A DNA stretch of 64,000 bases from contig NC_067401.1 in assembly GCF_016432865.1 (NCBI RefSeq), positions 190,030,001-190,094,000 of the forward strand, written 5' to 3'. A program made the position numbers and the translations under genes. This document shows positions 54,601 through 64,000 of this stretch, in pieces (the stretch's first letter is position 1; each line of letters opens with the position of its first letter). This DNA is from Antechinus flavipes. Taxonomy: Eukaryota. The notes beneath the pieces are model-generated. The model was not told the DNA's origin, made no database searches, and saw only the letters and a program-made list of their open reading frames with translations.

Positions 54601-57600
54601 GGGTAGGACAGGAGGCACAAGGGCTAAGTTCACCTTGAGGTTGTGAGGAGTGACATAAAAAGAGATACATAGGACAAGGAGGAAGAAGAACAGAGAGAAA
54701 AATTAAACGAAAGAGAAAGGGGTGGACCTAGGAAAAAGAGAAGAAAGAGAAGGAATGATTCATAGGAATTGATGAGGCTGAGTTATGGGTGACCATATAT
54801 CTTGTCCCCAGCCTTATAAGATGATTGCATTTTCAACACACACTCCTAGAACAAGAGACAGTAGCCCAAAATGGTTGTTATTTTTATGATGAACGGAAAC
54901 TGGAACTTTCAAAATAGTCTAGATGGTACCAGAAAAAGTCTTCCTGCTCCCAGACTTATAAATGGTAATATTTTTAATGAGATCTATTTCTTTTGCTCTA
55001 ATGATGAAAAGAAATGGGAAATCTGGAAGAAGACCATGAAGCAGCCTCTACCCCCAGCAAATGATTTATTTCTTGTTTCCCTCACCCTCAGATGATTGCA
55101 TTTTCTATGTCAGTTTTCTTGGATTTCTATTTTCCCAAACCCAGTATTCTAGGGCTACTTACCATATCCATCATGCTTTCCCCCATCACACTTGCCACAT
55201 TCTGAATATGCTTATCCTTGGTAAAAATGACTTCTCCTCCTGAAGCCATGGCTATTGCCTCATATGGCTTAAACCGTTTTGGGAAAAGGACCTCCCTTCT
55301 AATCCGCCTTGATGGGTCCTCTGTCACCAAGAATGTCACCTGTGGTCAGAAAGGCATCAAATTATTTGATTTATTAACAGTTTTTGCTATGGTCCTGACT
55401 TTGAAAGCCTGGAGAATATCTCTAAAACCTGGGTGTTGTGGTGGGATCTCATGCATCCTCTCTGGCTAATCTGTTATTGCAGTTTTCCATTTGTCAACTA
55501 TGTTGAGGAGGAATCTGTGATCTTAGGGCACTGGAAATCCTCACGCTCCAACATCATGTCAGCATTGTAGCTTGATTCTCTTAATGTATTCTTTTGTGTG
55601 TGTGTGCTTTAAAGTTTATTTTTAAATCATGCACGGATAATTTTTCAACATTGACCCTTGCATAGCCTTGTTTTTCAGATTTTCCCCTCCTCCCCACCTC
55701 CTTCCCTAGATGGCAAGCAATCCAATATATGTTATACATGTTAAAATATGTTAAATCCAATATGTGTAAACATATTTATACCATTCTCTTGCTGCACAAG
55801 AAAAATCAGATCAAAAAGTAAAGTAAATGAGTAAGAAAACAAAATGCAAGCAAACAACAAAAAGAGTGAGAATGTTATGTTGTGATTCACATTCAGTTCC
55901 CACAGTTCTCTGGGTGTAGATGGCTCTCTTTATCACAAGATCATTGGAACTGGCATCAATCATCTCATTGTTGAAAAAAGTCACATTTATCAGAATTGAT
56001 TGTCTTATAATACTGATTTGCCACGTACAATGATCTCCTGGTTCTGCTCATTTCACTTAGTATCAGTTCATGTAAATCTCTCCAGGCCTCTCTGAAATCA
56101 TCCTGCTGGTCATTTCTTATAGAATAATAATATTCCATAACATTCATATATGGATGAATACCATAACTTATTCAGCCATTCTCCAACTGATGGGCATCCA
56201 CTCAGTTTCCAGTTTCCTGCCACTACAAAAAGGGATGCCACAAACATTCTTGCACATGTGGGTCCCTTTCCTTCAAGATCTCTTTAGGATATAGGCCTGT
56301 TGGTGTATTCTTATGGTAAGGTCCAGAACAATGTCTCCTATAACAAAACCAAAGTTCTTTAAGGCACACCCTCATGCTACTCATTTGATTATGTGATGAG
56401 AAAGACTTATCTTTGAATACTGAGGGGTAGATTACTCTGGTTGGAAGGGAAGATATCTAACTAGCAGAGTAATGATATATTAAGATAAGGGGGGCACCAA
56501 TGAATAGTCACTGGATCAGGTACTTTCCCAATTCACTGAGAATTAGCCTAGAATTGCAGAAAGAACTAATGAACTTTATATCCAAGACACCACTATAAAG
56601 CAGATAGGAATTGTAGTTTTCACAGCTTTCAAAGAATATTTTAGGTTTTTCAGTATTTTAAAGCATTATACTTTGTTTCTTTAAATGCTATTCCAATTAA
56701 ATTTCCCTGGCATATAATCTCTGAATTTATATACCTGCTTTTTCTTGGAAAACAAACTCTGGAGTTCAAGGGGGAATAGATGTCACAATCAGGTGCAATA
56801 GAAGAACAGGAAAGGGGATTAAGATTTGAGTTCGACAGATCTCTGAACTTGCAAAGTCAAGAATTTGGCATCCAGTGACAAAGAAGTAAGTAGTGAAAGT
56901 TAAAAGGCCCTAGAGCAAAGGCAAGGTTTTCTGTATCAACTGCAGAGAAGATCTGGTACCCAGAGAAGTTGAATACATCAATAGCAAGGTCAAGGGGTAG
57001 GTTTCCTCACAGCTTAGTACAGGATGCAGGATAACATGGGTGTTTGATTCATGTTAAGTATATATGCTTCTTAAAATACATACATACATATATATGCTTC
57101 TTGAATTTTCATTTGTTGAAGTCTCCTGCTAACTTGATTTGTCCAAGTGGATTATTAACTTGGGGTCTCTCTTGACTTATGCATAATGCATTATTGTGGG
57201 GTGTTCACCTTGCAGTGCTGCTTCTGGCTCAGGGCCTCTATACGCCTAGTGAGATAAACATCCTTGGGGGAAGCATCAGTGAAGACAAAGATATCTGAGA
57301 ACTGGGGTGTATGGAGCAGGGCCAGCTGTTATGGAGAAGAGAGAAAAGAAAGAATTAAAAATTGAGTGGAAGGGATGAAAAACTTCCTTTCCATCCAAGG
57401 AAGAAAGGGGAGTAATCTAGAAGAAACAAATTGTTGGGCAAAGAGCAAGGAGCTAAGTTAAAGAGGAGAAAAATTCTTGTTCCTAAGGTGAAGAAGGAGA
57501 GGAGAGGAGGGAAGGATAGAGGATAGAGATGGGAAGAAAGAAGGAGGGGTAGGGAAAATTAAGGGGGAAGGACCTCCAGGGCTGACAGACACATCTCAGG

Positions 57601-60600
57601 CTCATCTCCACCCCCCAATGCATGGATCTCATTAAGATGTTTCCAGAAAGCATCAGGGTCACTGGTCTTAAGGACAGGTCCAAATCCTGAAGAGAAGAAA
57701 AGGAGGGAGGATGAAGTGAGTGAAGAACAGTAATAGGCCCAATTCTACTCAAAAATTATTACAGTAATTTTTTATTCCCTAACCCAGAAGTCCTCTTTGT
57801 CTCTGTAATGAGGAGGAAACACAAACCAAAAAATGTTACTATTTTGAAATCATGTTAACGATAACACCTCCAAAATGTACAGTACTTTTCAAAGAACTTT
57901 CATATCTAATATCTCATTTAATTTTTGTATAGCAACCCCAGGAGGTAAGTCAGATATATATCATTATTTTCATTTTACAAATAACAAAAATGTGACTCAA
58001 GAGAATTAAGTAATTTGTCTTCTTGACAGAACTGGACTAGAACTCTTGGGGTTAGAGTAGAAAATAGCAATAGAATGAATGATTGCCACAACTACTTCTC
58101 AGAACTCTGTTGTTTCATGTTGAAATCTACCAACAGATTCCATTCCTGCTCCCAAAATGGAGGAAAATGGAAATTTCATTTAATCCTCTCCCCCAGCCCA
58201 TTCCCAAGTCCCTACTGGCTTTATACTTCCGAGGCACTCACCCTCCCAAGGATATGCTGCCATTTTGGAAAGAAAGGGAAGACCACTCCCTACTCTTGTA
58301 TTGCCAGAGAAAGGACTGCTGATTTAAAAGGGGAAAACATGGGAAGTGGAGCTATAACCCAGGATCTCTGATCCCTCTGCCCTGGTATCACTGTTACCAG
58401 GATCATGGAAAGGCACAAGAATGTAGTGGGTAGGCTCCATAGGACCACCACGATGTTGATCAATGATCTTCCGAGCCTGCATTTTGGCTGCGTGAATTTC
58501 TTCCCTCATACTGCCTGTAGTGTCCAGGACAAAACTCAGGCCTGAGGCTGGAGAGATTTGCAGGAACCTGGGGGGGTGAAGAACTCGAATGAAGGGCTTA
58601 GTTCTCTGATCCCCACCCATCTCACAGCTCTTACCTCTCACAGGAACTCGGATTGTAAATCCAATGCTGCCTCTCTGCCTCCCACCTCCTCTTTCCTGCT
58701 CACCTGGAAAATCCTGAATCCCCTAAACGGTCTCGGAGGAGATTTAGGGCTTGAATTGAGGCCTGAAAAGCAAGCTGGGCAGCTTGAGGATGCAAAGCAT
58801 GGTGTGGTGAGAACGTTGGAGATGTGCTGTCCTTGTTGATGCCCCCTCGGGGAATATCATGGCTGCTCTGGTCAAAATGGCCGCCATGGCTACATTTCCC
58901 TAAATTGAGGGAAAAGGTCCAAGAGACATAAGAGATGGGACATTAAAACCCTTTATTAACTGAGAAGAGAAAAAAGCTCCTTTCCCTATATTTAGTACCA
59001 AACTCCTTAGAGATCAAGAAACAAATTAGTAGCAACGCAGCCATTTTGTGAAGTTTAAACAAGAATGAGAAGATTGCCATAATTCTCACTAACCCTGAAG
59101 AATCCCCTTATCACCCTACCCTACCCTATCAAAATTCTCTTGTGAGCAATAGAAAGCTACCCCCAGATTTTGATTTTGCTGCCTGATTTTGAGAAGACAT
59201 TCGTTCCATTCATTATATTTCACTCACTATGCCAATTGTGCCACCTCTAATATGATCCTTCTTTTCACAGGAAGTGGCACCTTCCTGAGGAAGCTAATAA
59301 TGGGAAGTGAGTCTTTGGAGGAAATGGGGTCTCATCCTATGGCATACCTGGAGGTTTGGGAGGCTCTGCCCCAAAATAGCCAGAGGTAAGGAATATGGAG
59401 TCCAGCAAATTTCCAGGGCAGCTCAGCTCTTCACAGTCAGAGCACATCTGGTCCCCAACTGAGAAAAAAAGGATTGCCAAAGTAGGGAGAATGAGACAGT
59501 GAAGGGACAGAAAACAAAGAGCTCCCTGGGTCCCCAACATTTTAAATCCTTTCCTTATTTGTTTAGTCTCCTCTTTCCCACTTCCCAAGAAAAGGAAAAA
59601 GACTAACAGGAAGCACAACTGGTGCCTCTATACTCTTAATGGCAGGACAAGGAGTGTACTTGGGGATGGGCTACAAGGTAGGTTTCTTTTCTCCCTCTGT
59701 TCCTTCTTCACCCACTTCCAACAACCAAAAAGAAAAAACAGGTGATGTAGATGGGGGGCAAAACATGATGCCATGAAAGACTTGCCACTTTGGGCAGGTC
59801 AAGCCTTCTTTCTCTGAATGTCTCCATAATAAGGGTTTGACCTTGATCTGTCTTGAAAGTTTCTTCCAGTTCTCTTATTCTATGCAAGACCGCATTGGGA
59901 CACTTTTCCCTAGGAGTGTGAGTTAACCAAAGTGACTCTAGGGACTTCCTTCCCCAGGCTAGGTAGTATGGCTTGTACCCATACCCTGTGCCAAGTTCTT
60001 GAGCTTCCTTCCTGGCCACAGAAGATCAGGGTGGGGCTGCTGCTTTCCCAGCTCTACCCAGTTGCTGTGGCTGTAGAAATCCTGATGGTAGAAAACAGAA
60101 CAATCATAGCCCATTTCTTTCTCCTCCAATTTTAAACTCCATCCTTTCTTTCCCTCTCTCTACCATCCCCTCATGAGATTCACCGCTCCTGTTCACATGA
60201 GACTCATGGGCCAGTCTTCTACCAGTACCTTTCAATTTCCCAACACTTCTGATGACAAAACTCTTTTTTCTGTGTGTATGTATTTATTTTATTTTATTAT
60301 TTTTTAAATAACTTTTTATTGACAGAACCCATGCCAGAGTAATTTTTTACAACATTATTCCTTGCACTTGCTTCTGTTCCACTTTTTCCCTTCCCTCTCT
60401 CCACCCCCTCCCCCAGATGGCAAGCAGTCCTATACATATTAAATATGTGATGACAAAACTCTTATAGGAAGTACTATTATCTTAGAAGAGGGGACATAGA
60501 AAGGGGCCTCAAATCCCTCCCTCATGCTGACTTTCTTTTTATCCTTACTAACATCTAACATATTCTTTCTCTCCCTTCGTCTCCTACACCTGTAAAGTGT

Positions 60601-62480
60601 GTAGCATGGCTCCCAGGTGTTGGCGAGCCAAAGCGTATTCCAGGGCTCGAGCAGCACTGAGGGCTTCCTGAAGGCTCCCCAAAAGGCGGGCCCGACTCCC
60701 AACTAGCCGTTCTGCATCAAAGTGAAGCTCAGGGTTATGCTTGGTTGCTGAAAGGAAGTCCTGGGCTGCATTGGCACGAGCCACCTCACCAAGGGCTGCT
60801 CTGAAGTGGCGGGTTGGGGTCCCAAGCCCAAAGTAAGCACCAAAGAGGTCATCAGCCAGCAGGGTTCGGCCCTGAAAAAGGAGAAAAATATCTAAGGTTT
60901 AGAAATCTAGAAAGAATTCCACCGTTCACCACCAGATGGTGCAGGGAACACCCTAAAAAAATTTCTGTATTCTGCAGGGGAGCCAGGCAGGCAGAGGCCA
61001 TAGAACTAAATCATGCATTGAAAAGACTTTCCTCTGGAAATCAAGATTTCTCAAATTATCTTTAGTTTATTTGTCTTCCCTAGTATAACATAAATTCTTT
61101 GAAGGCAAACATTATTTTGTCTTGATGTAGTCAATCAGTCAGTAAACGTTTATTAAGCACCTACTATGTATCAAGCATTGGATGCTCACAATTTATTGGG
61201 GGAAGCACCATGCAAACAATATACCTTCAAGTAAATAATTAACCAAGGGAAGTCATTAAAATTAAGAGAGATTGGATGTGGTAGGAAAGAATTGGAACTG
61301 GAATGGCTGCCTATCAATTGGGAAATCGCTAAACAAATTGTGGTACATGAAGGTAATGGAATATTAATGTTCTATAAAAAATGATAAACAAGCTGATTAT
61401 AGAAAAGCCTGGAAAGCTTTATGTGAACTGATGCTGAGCAAAAAAAGCAAAACCAAGAATAAGTTGCACACAGTAATAGCAAGAATGTGCTATGATCAAT
61501 GATGAAAGACTTGGTTCTTCTCAATGGTTCAGTGATCCAAAGCGATCAAAAAAGACTTTGGACAGAAAATGGCCATCTACAGCCAGAAAAAGATCTAAAG
61601 AGACTGACTAAATCAACACGCTATGTTGACTTTTTTGTTTTTTTCTCTCCCATGGTTTTTCCCTTTTGCTCTGATTTTTCTCTCCCAACATGATTCATAA
61701 AGCAATGTGTATTAAAAACAAAGAAGCTTGCTACAATTAAAAAATAGAGAGATTGAGAAAGGCTTCCTATAGATTATTTTGTAGCTGGTACTTGAAGGAG
61801 GAGGGACAGATGAAGAGGAAAAAAGTTCCAGGCATAGGGAAACTATGAAAATGCTACTGAAAATGTTTAGAGTCTAAAAGTGGAGTGTTTTATACAAGGG
61901 ATAACAAGGAGGCCAGTGTCACTATATGTACTGGAATATGATTCCCCACCTCCAAACTTGATGCTCACAAGTTTATGACCAGATATTTAAAACTGGAAAT
62001 GGACCTTGGAGATCATCTCATGTGATTTGACTAAAGTCACATAGGTGGTAAGGAGGGAAAATTTGAATTCAGATCCTTTGACTCCAAATCCTATATCTTT
62101 GCCAATTGGTGGGATGCCTCCCTTCCCACTAAATAACTGTTTGTTGAACTGATGTCCTACCCTTAACAACCACAGCCCTGGAGGGATGAGGAGCTCTTAG
62201 GAACCTCAGGGGAATAATTAGCTCTTGAGAGAACTGGGAGCAACACATGGGGTCCTACCTGGAAGTCTTCTAGGTGGAGCGGCTTCCTGCCAGAGGGTGG
62301 CCGTTCCAGGAAGAGCTGTAAAGTAACATTAAGAACAGCTTCCTCTGTCAGGTCCTGATGGGTGATGGAACTGGGGGCAGCTACCAGGCTCCAGATATTG
62401 GGAAAGAAGCCAGATGCTGGGAAAAGCCATGTTATCAGCAGGAGTAGGGAGCCCAGGTAGGAGTGAGACGGAGGGCTCAT
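51668..62480 (-). CDS. VWA7: von Willebrand factor A domain containing 7 (G7c), 16 coding exons, 877 aa
   Basis: Exons 62259-62480, 60590-60871, 59985-60081, 59348-59458, 58704-58899, 58398-58567, 57574-57686, 57209-57325, 55163-55339, 54501-54633, 53994-54146, 53803-53895, 53387-53676, 52999-53138, 52039-52213, 51668-51832; 2634 nt in frame. [34 protein letters not shown]-type [20 protein letters not shown] likely non-coding first exon has its donor at about 62988. Confidence 0.96.
52396..52968 (+). mobile_element. 5'-truncated L1 3' end in a VWA7 intron, perfect 15-bp TSD
   Basis: AGAATTAGGTCTTAG at 52381-52395 and 52969-52983; same 3' UTR as positions 1-240 and 10518-11367. Confidence 0.95.
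54270..54410 (-). mobile_element. CORE-SINE in a VWA7 intron
   Basis: Reverse complement of the same SINE consensus with a T-rich tail. Confidence 0.9.
55600..56290 (-). mobile_element. L1 ORF2 end plus 3' UTR in a VWA7 intron
   Basis: Reverse complement of the L1 terminal motifs [24 protein letters not shown]. Confidence 0.9.
61290..61745 (+). mobile_element. Older L1 3' fragment in a VWA7 intron
   Basis: ELEWLP.IG..LNKLWYM..MEY motif and 3' UTR with A tail. Confidence 0.85.
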
Positions 62481-63469
62481 GGCTAAGACATGGACCTGGA
62501 GGAAGAGGAGAGGGGAGAGGGGAGAGGGGAGGACAAAGACACAGGAGCAAGGGTGTATGTCTGTGGAATACTGAATTAAGTGCCCAAATTTCTGAGGAGG
62601 ACAGATAGAATGGCATAATGAGGTGACACGCCTTCCTCTCTGGCCAACCCTGGATCTGTTTCTGTCTCCTAGGACACCTGCCTTCTCCACCCTCAGCCTC
62701 ACTTATCTTCCTTATTTGGACTCCTGTCTTCACCCAGACAACCAGTTATTAAAATACAAACTGAGTGGCTTTGGCAAACCTGCCAGGGAAAGGCTAAGGA
62801 CCTCTCTGCTTCTCAGTGACCCAGGCAATCAAGCTCTTTACTTCCAAGTAGCCAACAATCTGCTGGTCTGCCACCCCTATCCTCCCTCTCCCTTTTAGGT
62901 TTTTCCCCTCAAGTACCCAGGTATTTTCTTCTCACAGGGAACAGAAGTTTCCCCTTCAGTTTCTCCCCTCCCCTTCCCCGCATCTTACCTGGTCCCTGGA
63001 ATTTCCTCCAGGATAGGGTCGTTAGGCTAGGCAAGCAATGGTATCCTTGTCCCAGACTTTAGATCAGAGTTATATTTAACCCAGGGCAAGGTGTAAGTTG
63101 TGGGTGAGGCAAACTAGGGAGCAAAGACAGGACCTAGAGTGTTCCCAACTGCATAGCCCCCCAAATCCAAAGAAGCCCAAACAAAGGAACTATGTGTAGA
63201 ATGAGAGATATACATAGAGCTGCCCTTACTTGATCTATCCCACTGCATTGCAGAGATGAAATGTGCCAATGAAAGTGCATGAGTCAGGGGCTGGAGCCCA
63301 GCCAGGGCTAGACCAAGTTTTATCCTTTTTGCTCCCTTTCCCCACAGAGGGGACCCAAATTTCTAGTTCCTCAGCTCTGGGGTAGTACCTTGCCCCTAGT
63401 CCTCAGTATTCTCCAGGAACAAAAGCATTCAGTTCCCCTTGAGTTTCCCAGATATTAGACTTTCAACCT

Positions 63470-64000
63470 TTTTTTTTTTTTTTTTTTGGTTTGTTTTTTT
63501 AAATAGCTTTTTATTTACAAGGTATATGCATGGGTAATTTTACAGCATTGACAATTGCCAAACCTTTTGTTCCAATTTTTCCCCTCCTTTCTCCCACCCC
63601 CTCCCCCAGATGGCAGGGTGACCAATAGATGTTAAATATATTAAAGTATAAATTAGATACACAATAAGTATACATGACCAAACCGTTATTTTGCTGTACA
63701 AAAAGAATCAGACTCTGAAATATTGTACAATTAGCCTGTGAAGGAAATCCAAAATGCAGGCAGACAAAAATATAGGGATTGGGAATTCAGTGTAATGGTT
63801 CTTAGTCATCTCCCAGAGTTCTTTCATTGGGTGTAGCTGGTTCAGTTCATTACTGCTCCATTGGAACTGATTTGGTTCATCTCATTGCTGAAGATGGCCA
63901 CGTCCATCAGAATTGATCATATAGTATTGTTGTTGAAGCATATAATGATCTCCTGGCCCTGCTTGTTTCACTCAGCATCAGTTCGTGTAAGTCTCTCCAG
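63470..64000 (-). mobile_element. L1 3' end running off the window
   Basis: Poly-T tail at about 63470 followed by reverse-complement L1 3' UTR. Confidence 0.9.

Overview
This window is marsupial genomic DNA from the MHC class III region. A dasyurid species is likely, judged from the L1 3' UTR type and an OC1-like hAT MITE; this is inference, not a database result. Reconstructing exons by hand from splice sites and reading frame gives six intact multi-exon genes in the human-like order: MPIG6B/G6b-B (+), DDAH2 (-), CLIC1 (-), MSH5 (+), SAPCD1 (+) and VWA7 (-). The first ~20 kb, where human has LY6G6C, contains no intact gene. It is a dense patch of endogenous retrovirus sequence: solo LTRs with 4-bp target-site duplications (TSDs), two betaretrovirus-like internal remnants, L1 fragments, CORE-SINEs and a hAT MITE. 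It also holds relics of LY6/uPAR-family exons on the minus strand, including an LY6G6C-like signal-peptide exon whose splice donor reads AT instead of GT. The most unusual structure is a 3.1-kb composite block at 12394-15503. It contains betaretroviral pol, a deleted env, an LTR, the OC1-like MITE and an extra segment. It starts with TG inside reverse transcriptase, ends with CA, and splits an L1 between two 6-bp CTGAGC direct repeats. Orthologue comparisons use human protein sequences recalled from memory, not computed alignments. No rRNA, tRNA or CRISPR features were found.
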